Source of the DNA: Eledone cirrhosa
Taxonomy: Eukaryota
Reading direction: 5' to 3'
DNA: 64,000 nt
Assembly (NCBI GenBank): GCA_964016885.1
Contig: OZ024740.1
Coordinates: forward strand, 324,136,001-324,200,000
The translations under genes and the position numbers were made by a program. Under the pieces are notes generated by a model. That model was not told the DNA's origin. It saw only the letters and a list, made by a program, of their open reading frames with translations, and searched no databases. Of this stretch, positions 1-14,227 are shown piece after piece (position 1 is the first letter of the stretch; every line of letters begins with the position of its first letter).

Positions 1-1048
1 TCATCATCATCATCATCATTTTAACCCACGCTGCATACATCAACTTATGGGTGAAGTCTTCGAAATCCCCTTCCAGAACTATATTATCTTTGACACCCAA
101 AACATAATCTACCATTTAACTAAATATCCTATTACAAAATCAAACTGGATGTTATTGATACAAATCACTTCTAGTCACTTCGATTACTAAGTACGAGAAA
201 ATCGAAGTGGCTGTAAATGATTTTTGTTCCTCCAGGAAATATTGAATATTTTCAATCGATATTTTGTAGCCCTATTAATACGATAATAAATTTATAAATA
301 GCAATTACCTCGTGGAAGAGTTATTTAAATCATTTAATAATCAGACAAAACTATTTGATTCACTTTACATTTATCATTAATTTTGTGGTGTCAAAATTTT
401 CGTCGTAAAGTGTTCCGTTGAAAATTTTAACACCATGAAATATAGGAAAAGCGAAAAATGAATTCGATGTTTTTTTTGTTTTTGCTTTTTTTTTCGAATG
501 ACTTTTACAAAACTGTTAAAGTCAATTTTCCACGATGTTAGTGCTTTAAGTTTCAACACATGGTTTCAGATCAAATCCCTTTCCAGATATGTACAACAAA
601 AATGACTCTTCTGCGAAAATGACTCTTCTGTAATTGTTTTAATAGAGGCATATCTGAAAGCATATACTATATGTTTATGTATAACTATTATATACAAGTC
701 ATGCTGCGGGTCTTTTAAGCAGTGATTGTGTCACAGCTACCTCAGTAATGATTTTAGTTTTAACACACGGTTTCAGATCACGTTACAGACCAAATACCAT
801 ATAGAACAAATGTTCTTTTATTCTTTTATATTCAGAATACGACTACGTTGGGTCACTATCTTAAAGGGATTTAGACGATCATATATTACTACTTAATTTA
901 TCGATCACTTTACACACAGACACACACACAATTATTTGGTTGTCAAACGCACATCTTGACAACACATTCATGCCTAGAACAATTTGAAATTGTGAAGTCA
1001 AGTAACACATATTTAACAGTTTTACTAGGTTATTGTGGATATAAATAT

Positions 1049-1251
1049 ATAGGAAAAAGTATGACCCCGACGGCAGAGATCAAGCCTTTTCGACGGCTAT
1101 TTCTAGACTCCTTCAGTCTAGAAATAGCCGTCGAAACGGCTTGAGCTCTGCCGTCGGGGTCATACCTTTTCCTATTTCCCACTCTACTACCCTAAGTATT
1201 GAGTACTCTGGTGCGTTATGGTCCATCTGATTCCTTACCACAATTCCTTTG

Positions 1252-1252
<1 letters not shown>
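1049..1252 (+). mobile_element. Fold-back PLE-type pseudo-LTR fragment, family A (hairpin + 77-nt tail) with 3' half of a hammerhead
   Basis: Arms 1049-1109 and 1115-1175. GAAACGGC-ttgagctct-GCCGTC at 1133-1155. Tail 1176-1252, then (TA)n. Homologous to 21944-22136. Confidence 0.8.
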
Positions 1253-1336
<84 letters not shown>

Positions 1337-1339
<3 letters not shown>

Positions 1340-1604
1340 AGAATATTTTCGAAACAGCGAGTTGATTTGAAATTATTAGAAATGTTAGCTATCGCCGTAT
1401 TTTGACTAAAGAAATTAAAGAAATTATTTAGCCTGATAGTGGGGTTAAGAACCCTCGGAGAAATGGAAAAAGATGAGTATTGACGTACATGTACGTCTAT
1501 ACTCATCTTTTTCCATTTCTTCGAGGGTTCTTAACGCCACTATCAGGCTAAATAATTTCTTTAATTTCTTTAGTCAAAATACGGCGATAGCTAACATTTC
1601 TAAT

Positions 1605-1607
<3 letters not shown>
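1337..1607 (-). mobile_element. Fold-back element in (TA)n: 236-bp near-perfect palindrome + 35-nt tail
   Basis: Arms 1372-1489 and 1490-1607, centred on GACGTACATGTACGTC, with a few substitutions between arms. Tail 1337-1371; TA arrays on both sides. Confidence 0.75.
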
Positions 1608-1667
<60 letters not shown>

Positions 1668-2738
1668 GGGAGAGAGAGATGAAAACAGTGAGAGAGAGAG
1701 AGAGAGATATGAGGAGAGTGTATGAGTAGAGTGAATGAGAGAGAGAGAGAGATGATGATGAGAATGAGAAATGAAGGAAATGAGTGAGAGACGAAAAGAG
1801 AGCATGTGTGGGTACGTAAGGGGCTAGCACAATTTTCTGGAAACTCGCCATAAAAGTAAAATTCCTCGTTCACGTTTTATAATTATATAACATAATATAT
1901 TCATGTTGCTGGTTGTATATTATCTGAATGGTTCAATATGTTGGCTGCTATATACTCATCAAAGTTAGATAAATATAGAACAAAGCTTTTTACAAAATAT
2001 AAAACACATTTTAAAGGTTATATATTTGTATTGTCCTGGTTTGCATTATTCTGAAAATGTATTTATATCTAAATCTAATACTAAAATAAAAGAAATGAAT
2101 TGGGTGGGGGAGAGGTTGAGGAAGACATTATATGAAAACTATAACAGCCGCCAAACTTCCTCGTCCCCTTTTGTAACTATGTCAGAAAACAATCATCATC
2201 TACCATAATAATGTGGGTCGTGTATGTTTGTAATTTTATTTATATCTAGTACTGAAATAATAGTAATGAATGAGTGTGTGTGTGGGGGGGGGGGGGGGGT
2301 ACATATGAACACCCGTCCCTCCCACTCACTCTCTAACAAAGTCAGAAAACAATTAGTAAGGAAAAGCTACACATTTTATAAAAATATGAGGGTCGGTGTG
2401 TGTGTGTGTGTGAGCGCGCGCGCGTGAATATGTGTATTTGTGTATGTAAGGGCTAGTGTGTGTATTTGTGTATGTGACGGTTAGTGTGTGTGTCTATGTG
2501 TGAGGGTTAGCGTATGTATGTGTCTATGTGTAGAATAGATGGTATTTGAGTACGTGTGTTGTGTGAGAGTGTATATGTGAATATGTGTATGTGCGGGTGA
2601 TATTCAAATTCAAACATATTTTCTTCAAAGGCGACCAAGTTAAATAAAAAATATATAATTACATGTTTAATACAAAATTAATGGTTAACACATGTCGTAT
2701 AAATGAAAACACTAACACACAGACAGACGTCTTTTGCA

Positions 2739-2878
2739 AGGCAGTGAATTGGTAGAGTCGCTCGAACATCGGATAGAGAGCTTCGCGGTATTCGTTTCAG
2801 CTTTCTGATCTCTTGAGTTCAAATCCCACCGAAATCAATTTTGCCTTTCATCTTTTCGAAACCGACAAATGTACCAGA
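2739..2878 (+). mobile_element. tRNA-headed SINE, family 1 (diverged)
   Basis: A-box-like tggtagagtcg, B-box gagttcaaatccc, core ttgcctttcatc. Confidence 0.75.
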
Positions 2879-3836
2879 ACGAGTAATGCAGTCTATACTC
2901 CCCCTTCCACTCTCTCTCTCTCTCTCTCTGGATAAGCTTCACCAGGTTTAGAATGCTCACGACACACCATATCTCATGACGATGCCCCTACGACTCTCTC
3001 AAGAGTTCAGAGACCAGGTCTCAGTTATGGTATAACTCCCCCCCCCCCTCTTACTATTGTTAAATACTCTATATTTTACACAGTCACTACTTTTTGTTGC
3101 GATTCGTGGATCTTCTGTTATTATATTACAACTTCTAGTTTCGCCATAACAAGACTCTTTGGTTAATGTTCCATATATTAATTATTTTCCAATCTCGAAA
3201 TAAATCAGTACTATTACCACCACTACGACTACTACTCTATCCACACTCCTTTTCTTCACTACTATCCACGAACCCTAGCTCCACCGCCGCCACTACTGTC
3301 ACTACCACCAACACACCCACAGCTACAGCAGAATGCACTCAGCAAAGTTGAATGATTCGAGAACGTTTAATGTTGGTTTGTATAAAAAGAGAAGTAAACC
3401 ATTTTAGTTGAGGGATGTAATCAAACGTAAATATAGGAAATGGTCAATGAAGAATTGGCACGGGAATCAATAGTAGAAGAAACAATAATAGTCTCACAAT
3501 AAAAACGTACCAAACATACATTAGTGTGGCGTGTGCGCGTGTTTATATATATGTATATAAGTATGTATGTGTGTGTGTTTGGGCGTATGGACGTTTCTGC
3601 AAACATTTATGCCTGTCTAAACGCATGTGTATGTGGGTTTCCATGTACTCAGAAATATGAACGCAAATATGTACAGATCAGGAGGATGTGGGTTGGATTC
3701 CTGGACTGGGCCTTGTGTGTTCTAGAATAAAATACATATTTCACATACCCACTTTTGTCAAAAGTTGCAACCAAGATAGTATTAGCAAATGGAAAGACCA
3801 ATGGAAACATTTGTTTCCTAGGTCCTATTTTTCCTC

Positions 3837-3907
<71 letters not shown>

Positions 3908-3908
3908 T

Positions 3909-4001
<93 letters not shown>

Positions 4002-4103
4002 TATCTGCAAGTATAGGTACATCAATATCTGCGTGACTTTCTATGTACATAAGCATGTATGTTTGGATGTATGAGATTCCATCTAGCCAGAAACATTAAG
4101 GCA

Positions 4104-4161
<58 letters not shown>

Positions 4162-4164
<3 letters not shown>

Positions 4165-5044
4165 GAAAAATTTACGAAATGGAAATGCGGGTATATAGAA
4201 TTTATAACAATTGTTTCTATAGTGTATGAGTTACCTATACCTCGCTATTTGAATAATACACAAATATTATCAAAAACCGAAAGTACACTGTAAGTCAACA
4301 CACCATGTCATCAGACCTTTGTATTAGAATGATATTTTCTTTTTTTAAATGCATATAATGTTACCTTTTTACACCAACGTTTGCAAATTTCTGTCTTATA
4401 TGTTTATACACTAAATATGGCTTTCTATAATAATAGTACTAAACACTGTTTTTTCTGGACCCCTTTAGAAATAACCTGCTACTATAATAGCCCTAATAAC
4501 TTGTCTGTGACATTGTACCACTTTGACCCCTCTAACTAAATTTTGTCCGAACAACACCACTAGAAGTATCTACTTCCCAGCCAACCTTAGCACGCCTCAT
4601 TAAGCTAACTGCTGCCAAAACATTCTCTCTTCACAATCTCTACTAGTCTGACAGTCTTAAACCCTAAGACTCCCTCCACCTTACTCACTTCCCTCTTCCC
4701 CTTCTCTTCCTACCTCCTTCTTTATCTTTTATCTAGTGTATAAAATATTTTCATATCATTCTAATACAAAGGTCTGATGACATGGTGTGTTGACTTACAG
4801 TGTACTTTCGGTTTTTGATAATATTTGTGTATTATTCAAATAGCGAGGTATAGGTAACTCATACACTATAGAAACAATTGTTACCTAATAAATTCTATAT
4901 ACCCGCATTTCCATTTCGTAAATTTTTCCTCCATATTTTCTCCGGATTTTAAAACACACTTTATTATACGTTGAGCAATCTCTGACGTCAGTTGACTCCA
5001 TCCAATGCAACTACTTAGTAACATTGGAATACAAATTATCTAAT
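4162..5044 (+). mobile_element. Non-coding PLE-type insertion: inverted pLTR arm, 417-bp spacer, direct pLTR arm with hammerhead, tail
   Basis: 4162-4335 is the reverse complement of 4753-4931. Tail 4932-5044; flanked by (TA)n. Confidence 0.82.
4770..4886 (+). ncRNA. Type I hammerhead ribozyme with 90-nt stem II
   Basis: AGGT-CTGATGA (4774-80)-catggtgtg...tacactata-GAAA (4871)-CAATTG-TT-ACCT. Stem I AGGU/ACCU, palindromic stem III. Confidence 0.75.
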
Positions 5045-5380
5045 TATATATATATATATATATATGAACGGTTTCAACCTTAATTTAACGAAAATGTAGT
5101 GATTTCCACGGGTTGACTGAGGAGATTGGACTGTTTGTCTTTTCCTCCATTATCCTGTATATTATTTCGAATATATATATATATATACTGAAAGTATGCT
5201 GAATCTCCCTGAGAATTACCTTAAGACTATGTATTATTTGCGAAAATGTGGCTGTCTGAATGCCTATGTATGTGTCCGTGTCTTCATAGGTATGTATATC
5301 CGAATATGTGTGTGTGAAAATATGGATGTCTGGCTATCTGAATGCATATATATGTGTGCGTCTCTGCATAAGTATCTATA

Positions 5381-5444
<64 letters not shown>

Positions 5445-5468
5445 ACAAATTCTCAGACAGTTCCCACT

Positions 5469-5660
5469 AATAATAATTGTTTCTATTTTTGGCACAAGGC
5501 TACCTATTACCCAATACATTACTGGTACTTATTTTATCGACCCCCGTAAGGATGAAACGCAAAGTTAACCTCGGTGTGATTTGAACTCACTCCGTAAAGG
5601 GCCATAACTATACTGCAAAGCATGGCGTCCGATCCTTTACCGATACTGCCAATCCACCCC
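5469..5660 (-). mobile_element. SINE family 1, full length with target-site duplication
   Basis: Head, B-box, gtcgataaaataagtaccag core, (ATT)n tail. gttcccact(a/t)ataataat duplicated at ~5460 and ~5664. Confidence 0.9.
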
Positions 5661-7157
5661 TTTGTTCCCACTTATAATAATAATACAACAGTAAAGAAAT
5701 GGTTTCTTCCTTCTTAACTTCTTCAGTCATTTATCCTATTCTTAACCCCTTCTACAATTACCCATTAACTCATTAATTCCTCTACAATATTTTCTTATTC
5801 GTCCATCAAGTCATTTACCTATGTATTTCTAGATATTTTCCTCATATATTTATATATATTTATATGTATTTTCGTTGTTTATAAATATTCTTATATGTTT
5901 CTAGACATATTTTCTTCTGTTTCTTTATATTCATTATATATATATATATATATGTATGTATAATTATACATCTTATATACGCATTTGTATATTTATTTTG
6001 CTTACATAAGTATACTCGTATATATGTATATATATGTGTGTGTGTGTGTGTGTATATTGCTTGTTTATTTACGTTTTTATTTTTGCTTGTATATGTATTT
6101 TTCTTATTTATTTGTATATATTTTGCTTATATTTGTATATATATATTTTTTTCTTGTATGTATTTTTCTTGTTTATTTGTATGTATTTTTCTTATTTATT
6201 TGTATATATTTTGCTTATATATATATATATTTTTTTTCTTGTATGTATTTTTCGTATTTATTTGTATATTTGTATATTATATTTATTTTTCATATTTATT
6301 TCTTCATTCATGTATCTATTTATTTAATTATTAACTGATTTATTAACGTATCGACTAATTTATCTTCTACCCCGCCCCACCCCATCGGACCCACCCCGCC
6401 CCCTCACGCCCATCCGGACCCCACCATCTTTCTTCTCTGTCTCAATATATAGAAAGAGAAATCTGCTCCGTCTGGCGTTGAAAGTTAATTTCCGAAGTCC
6501 ATTTGTGAGGTCAACCAAGTTCGATTAGGCTAATTTGCAATACACATATATCAACCAATCCACGCATGAATCTCATCGGTAATATTCACTGCCCACATAC
6601 ACTGACTGGTTTATATGGTGGTGGTGGTAGTGGTGGTGGTGCTCGTGGTAGTAGTGGTGGTGGTGGTAGTGCTGGTGATGGTAGTGGTAGTGGTAGTGGG
6701 GATGGTGATGCTCGTGGTGATGGTGTTATTTATGGTGGTGGTGGTGGTGGGGATGATAGTATTAGTTGTGGTGGTGGTGGTAATGGTGGTGGTAGCAGTG
6801 GTGATGGTAGTGTTTGTGGTGGTGATACTTTATATGGTAGGCGATGGTTGATGTCATGTTGTTTGCTGGTGCAGGAGGTGGTGGTAGTGATAATGTTGTA
6901 GGTGATGGTAGTAATCATGTTGTTGATGGCGGTGGTGGTAGTGGTAATAGCGATGGTTACACTTAATAAGGTAGGTGATACTGGTAGTGGTGGTCTGTTA
7001 CTAGTGATGGTGATGATGATGATAAAGACAACGTCATCATTATCAGCATCAATTAGACATTATAGTTTATATTTATAATGAATATCAAGACCAATAAACA
7101 TACGACTATGATTAAGATACGTTGTTGTATCTTATGATGATTGATGATATCAACGAA

Positions 7158-7483
7158 AATAATTGTTTCTACTTTTGGCACAAGGCCAGCAATTAATCCA
7201 GTGTATTACTGGTACTTTATTTTATCGACCCCGTAAGGATGAAAGGCAAAGCTAACCTCGGCGTGATTTGAACTCAGACCGTAAAGAGGCGTAACTATGC
7301 TGGAAAGCATGGCGTCCGACGCTCTACCGATACTGCCAATCCACCGCCAACAATAAAAATAATTTTTTTTTTCTACTTTAGGCACAAGGCCAGCAATTAC
7401 CCAGTACATTACTGGTACTTTATTTTATCGACCCCGTAAGGATGAAAGGCAAAGTTAACCTCGGCCGGATTTGAACTCAGATC
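7158..7483 (-). mobile_element. Two tandem SINE family 1 copies (full 7158-7349, partial 7355-7483)
   Basis: Repeated ggcacaaggccagcaatta..tactggtactttattttatcgaccccgtaaggatgaaaggcaaag..gatttgaactcag. Confidence 0.9.
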
Positions 7484-7780
7484 ATAAAAAAATAATGTTC
7501 AATAACATGATGAAGACGATGAAGCTGGCGATGAAGAGGATAATAATAAAGTCTTTAACGATGACGATAATAAAAATGGTGACAGTCACAACCGTTACAA
7601 AGATAATGAGAAGCAACATAAACAGTAAAATGGCGATTGTTCTGTCGTCACGAAGAAACAACAGATCATATTTCCGTCATCTAACCCTACCTAACCTTCA
7701 ACACCCCTCCCCTACATTTCTAACTCTCTTCTTTAACAAACAATACTTGACATAATATGACTGACTGTGGTGCTATGCTG

Positions 7781-7829
<49 letters not shown>

Positions 7830-8014
7830 GATAAATCTACCAAGAGTTTACGGTAGTGTCCAATCCGTATGAAGAACTCAATGTATTCCGGATATCATGG
7901 AAAGAAGAGATGTAATGAAAAATCACTTTCGGTGAAAGATAAACGGTATAAGGAGTTAAGATAAAATATTAAACAAATAATGAATAAACAATTCCTTATA
8001 TTAAACAAAAAAAG

Positions 8015-8168
8015 TTCATTATTTAACGATCGTTTCTAGGATATATATGTGTTAGAATTGGCATGCATATTCAACAGATCTATGTACAAAATTATACAAA
8101 ATTATACAAACTATCAAGATTAAATATACATACCAACACATATATACGCCGTCTTCAGAAATAATGAA
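8015..8168 (-). ncRNA. Type I hammerhead ribozyme with expanded stem II (pLTR copy)
   Basis: Minus strand: UUCAUUAUUU-CUGAAGA-[115 nt hairpin]-GAAA-CGAUCG-UU-AAAUAAUGAA. 10-bp perfect stem I, palindromic stem III. Confidence 0.8.
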
Positions 8169-8815
8169 GTATATTTATTGATAATAACAACAATTCAAAA
8201 TTTCAGGTCCGTTTGGGAACAAAATTGACCAATGAAAACACAAAGGGTTAAATGCAGTTCGGTGTGTGTATATACATGTAAAACCCTTACACATATTTTA
8301 CAAAAATGTATGTATAATTTGTATACGCATACTAAAAGGATGGATGCAAATACAAAATTTCAAGGTTAATGTCTCTGTAAGTTTATAATGCACAGATAAG
8401 ATGCGTATTGACACAAGTATGAAATTAAGTATATAAATATATTTTTTCATACTCACACATATCCGTACAATCACACATACACGCGCGTATATGCATAAAT
8501 ATACACATAACCACGAACATACAAACACACACACACCCCCACTCACATTTATATATGTGGATATAAAATCATAAGCACATGGATATTAATTCACTCACAT
8601 AAACACTGGCACACACATTTTTAGATCAAGATACAGAAATTAGGTGGGAGGAGGGGGGGGGGGAGAGGTCAGTATTCAACGGTCTGAGCAGACTGCCTAA
8701 TATAGATGTATCTATAAACTAAGAAAATAAAAATAAAAAATAATAAATAAACATTAAAGAGGAAAGAATAGAAAGAAAAAAGAAAAAAGAAAAAAGAAAA
8801 AAGAAATATATCAAG

Positions 8816-8851
<36 letters not shown>

Positions 8852-9068
8852 CACATACATATATATATATATATATATACACACACATATATATATACAA
8901 TATACATATATATACACATAGACACACACACACACATACATAAATATACACACATATACAAACACATACATACATATACACACATCCACACTAAGAACAT
9001 ACATACACACACATATATAAACATATACATATACACACATACATACATATACACATATACATACAAAT

Positions 9069-9113
<45 letters not shown>

Positions 9114-9490
9114 TACATATATATGTATATACACGTACATATACACACACATATACATATAATCACACATACTATATAGATACACATATATATAACCACA
9201 CACATACATGCACATATACAACACTTACATACTAATATACATACAGATATACACATACATAGCTATATATACACACAAATATATACAGACTTACATATAT
9301 ACATACAGACAAATACTTACGCATCTATATATCGGTATATACATACAAACACCACTACACTATCACACAACTTAGACATACAAAGAGAAAGGTATATACC
9401 TATACACACATACATATACAAATAGAAAAACATATAGATATATATATATATATATACACACACACATATATATACATATATATATATAAC

Positions 9491-9523
<33 letters not shown>

Positions 9524-9743
9524 CATATACACATACACACACATACACATACATACATGTACACACACATAGAAATATATACGCATACACACATACACAC
9601 ATACATATAAAGTCATACACACACATACACCTACACGAACATACACATACACATATATAAAGATATATATACACACACACACACACACAACACATACACA
9701 CATACACATATATATAAAAAAAATAAATAATAAAGATATATAC

Positions 9744-9800
<57 letters not shown>

Positions 9801-10147
9801 CATATATATATACATACACATACATACACACATACATAGACATACATGTACATACATACACGTACATCGATATACATACATATATATATACACACATAGA
9901 CATATACATACATACACACACAACTTACATACACACATATATATACATGTATATTCATACATAGAATTAGATATATAATCATACATACATATGCACTTAC
10001 TTATACTCATATATACAAATACATACGCATCCATATATGCGTATATACATAAAAAAACCACTACAACCTCACCTAACTCAGACATACAAATAAAAATAAA
10101 AAGGCATATGTATATACATATATACACGCATTAATAGAGATATATAT

Positions 10148-10211
<64 letters not shown>

Positions 10212-10447
10212 ATTCATATATATATATATATAGATACCCACACACACATACCACCATAAATACACATACAAACACCCACATATACATATATATACACACA
10301 TATATATATATATATATATACACACACATAAAAAACAGACATGCACATATATATATATTTTTTTACACTTATATATATACATATTATATACACATACACA
10401 ACCTCACATATACACACATACACATAAGTTATATTATAATAATAAAA

Positions 10448-10502
<55 letters not shown>

Positions 10503-10588
10503 CATATATATATATATATATATACATATAAACATATACATACATATATACACACATACGAATATAGACATATATTCACACATAGACA

Positions 10589-10632
<44 letters not shown>

Positions 10633-10848
10633 TACATATACACAGAGACATATATACACACTCACATATATATGTGTGTGCACACACACATATATACACA
10701 CATACACACATATACACATAAACACATATATGTGCATACATGCACACACACACATATATCCACATAGATACGAAGATAGACATATAAATAGAGAGACATA
10801 CATATATATACAACACACATACACACACATACATACACACACACATAC

Positions 10849-10882
<34 letters not shown>

Positions 10883-10888
10883 CTATAT

Positions 10889-10935
<47 letters not shown>

Positions 10936-12287
10936 CATACACATACACATACACACATTCACATACACATACATATATACATGCATATATACACATATAT
11001 ACATACATACACACACTCATATATACACACACAATCTTACATTCATATTTGCATGCGCATATATGTATTTTTATATTCAGATATAAATACCCAAACCTAT
11101 ATATACACCTACCTACATATATATTCATACATACACGCTTACAAATACAGATGATAATAGTATGGGGGAAAGGGGGGGTTTGGAGAAGGGGATCATAGTA
11201 AATATATGTTTCAAGAAACATAGAATATTTTCCGTATCTTGATCCAATGTATGTTTCTACATAGTTTCAGTGTTAGGAAATACAATAAACAAGAACTAAG
11301 GCAAAATCTATGCATCTCAAAATAAACAAGTATACCATTAATTATATGTTAACTAAACCAAAGATAGTTAACATATTGATTTCTAAGGTGTAAATTAGTT
11401 AGGTTTATAATATTTGAAGCAGAATTTTGAAGTTAAATAGTAGTAGAGTATTAATTATAGTATAACTAAATTAAAGTTAATAACGTTATGGTATCAATAT
11501 TAGGAAATGAATTTAGTAATAGGGAAAAAACAAATAAAATAAAGTATTACATCGGTAGTAGAATATAAATTATAGGTTAACTAAATTAAAAATTATATAT
11601 TTATTTCTATAGTATATGTTAATTAGGTATATAATACATAAAACAGATATTGTATTTTATCAATAGCATAATATAATTATATGCAAATAGAAATCAAAAT
11701 TAATACATATACATATACATATACATACACATACATATATACATATATATACACATATATATATATATACATATATACTCATATACATACATACACACAT
11801 ACACATACACATATACATATACATATTTTTTTCAAAAAATTGCATAGAATATATTAACTAGGTATATATCCAAAACACATCCCATTCTATGATTACATGA
11901 CATTCTGCAATTCGTCTGTATAAGGATACTAATTTTAAGCAAATTAAAATTAAATTTTTAGGTTGATTAAAATTAAAACCAAATTATAAATATATTTCTA
12001 AAATGTATATTAATTAGGTCTATAATACTAAAAATTATTTCTCTGTCATTGGATACACGATATTATTTTGTTATATTTTATCTGTAAAAGAATTATAATA
12101 AAAGGTTTAAATAAATTAAAATTAATCTATAAATTAAATTACTAAGTATATATTAGTAATATTTAAAGGTTTTTCACAATTTATGATTACATAATATTTT
12201 ATATTCTCATCTGTAATAAAATTTTAATTAAATTAAATTTATAGGTTAACTAACATTTAAATTAAATTAATTTCTAAAATAATGTTA

Positions 12288-13849
12288 TTAATTAGGTTTA
12301 TAATATTTAAATGTTTTTTTTAGTTTATGATTACACGATATAATTAATTCCTGTCGTTTATTTAATAAGATATCCTTAGACTTCATTATTTCAAATAGTT
12401 CTTGGGAACATAATCTACATTCATTTCTATTATTTTGATAAGGGGTGGCTCTTTTGAGCACACTCCAGGTCAAATCATATTCTATATTCTTATTTTTATA
12501 ACTATTGATTTTTTCTGCTAGAGATGTTGTATTAGCCAGTGCGGCATTTTTAAAACTATGCTTGTGGGTATTAAACCTTGTCTTAAAATTGTTAGAGGTA
12601 GCTCCTATATATGAGCAAATAGAATCTTTAGTTTTAACATTACATTTATAGACTATGTTGTTAACAAGACAATTCCCTTTTAATGGGCAGTTTGCTTTGT
12701 TTCTACAGTTACATCCTTTCGTTAATTCTGTATTTGAGGAGATATTATGGTTAATTTGATGTACTGGTGGTATACTTATGGTTTTCTTACATTTATATGC
12801 ATTATGGGCACTTATATTTTGTTTTACGTTATTTGTTGTAGAGTATGAGAATTTAACTGTAGACCTATTTAAGATTTGATGGTATTTGTGGTTTGGCGGG
12901 AAGTTTTTCTCAAGGATATAAAAAAATTTTTTAGCAATATTATCCTTAACTTGTAAATTAAAAGGAGCATTATACCAAGTAACCCGTCTATTACGGTTTC
13001 TATGTTGTTTATTATTTTTATTATTTTTATAGGTTGTATCGTGATTTTTACTAGGAGGATTAATGTTAATGATCTCACCACAACTATTTTTAGTTATATT
13101 TGTAGATTTAGGTGTTTTATCCTTTTTATTAGGAGTTTTATTATTAATATTTATTAGAGTTGTATGATGAGTAGTTTTTTGAGAGTTACTATACTTTATA
13201 TTAGAAGATTTGGTATTTTGGGGTATAGTGTGGGTGGCATTTAGGTGTGTACTTTTCATTTGGTGTTTGTTGGTAATATTATGTTGTATGCTTTCAGTAT
13301 TTTTAGTAGAAGGTATATACTCTAATCTATTTTTGTGGCCACTTCTATCTAGAGCTTCGTTATAGAAGGTCGCATTTTTATCAAATACATCTTGGTTAGA
13401 AGAAAGGTTAGAAATTCTAAGTGATATATTATATGCAAGGTTTTTAAGGATAGATTTAGGGTGATTAGATTGTGAGTGTATGTAATGTAAGTTTTGGTTA
13501 GGTTTATGGTAAGGTTGGTAGATACCCGTAGCTAAATCTAAAGTTATATCTAGGAAATTTACTACTTTACTTGTTTTTTCAAAAGTAATATTAAGATTAT
13601 AATAGTCTTTAAGGAAAGTTCTAATATGTTTTTTGTTTTTTTCAATTTCTGAAAGGCTAAGGTTGTTAGAAAGAAGAAGACAGTCATCACGATATAAACC
13701 ACCTTTGAGGTGGGGAAAAGAGGCATTTATGTTGAAAAGGAGAAAGAGGCCCACAAGATCAGTAATTTGGGCGGAATCGCTTGAACCCATAGTAATATCA
13801 AAAAGATTACTATATGTGTTTCTGGTCCAGTATTCATTCTGAAATTCAA

Positions 13850-13850
<1 letters not shown>
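12288..13850 (-). CDS. Penelope-like reverse transcriptase (C-terminal half) + GIY-YIG endonuclease, N-terminally truncated
   Basis: Frame stays open upstream of the listed ATG (IEFQNEYWTRNTYSNLFDITMGSSDSAQ). Contains FDITMGS, GLYRDD catalytic motif, NFLDITL, YIHSQSNHP, TWYNAPF, CNCRNKANC (CxCx5C), IVY...YIGAT..FKTRFNTH (GIY-YIG), CRLC, LLNKRQE, CNH. Confidence 0.93.
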
Positions 13851-13904
<54 letters not shown>

Positions 13905-14073
13905 ATTTGTATGTATATGTGTATATGTATGTATGTGTGTATATGTATATGTTTATATATGTGTGTGTATGTATGTTCTTAGTGTGGATGTGTGTATATG
14001 TATGTATGTGTTTGTATATGTGTGTATATTTATGTATGTGTGTGTGTGTGTCTATGTGTATCAATAAATATAC

Positions 14074-14227
14074 TTCATTATTTCTGAAGACGGCGTATAT
14101 ATGTGTTGGTATGTATATTTAATCTTGATAGTTTGTATAATTTTGTATAATTTTGTACATAGATCTGTTGAATATGCATGCCAATTCTAACACATATATA
14201 TCCTAGAAACGATCGTTAAATAATGAA
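14074..14227 (+). ncRNA. Type I hammerhead ribozyme with expanded stem II (inverted pLTR copy)
   Basis: ttcattattt (14074-83), CTGAAGA (14084-90), GAAAC (14206-10), GATCGTT, aaataatgaa (14218-27). Reverse complement of 8015-8168. Confidence 0.8.
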
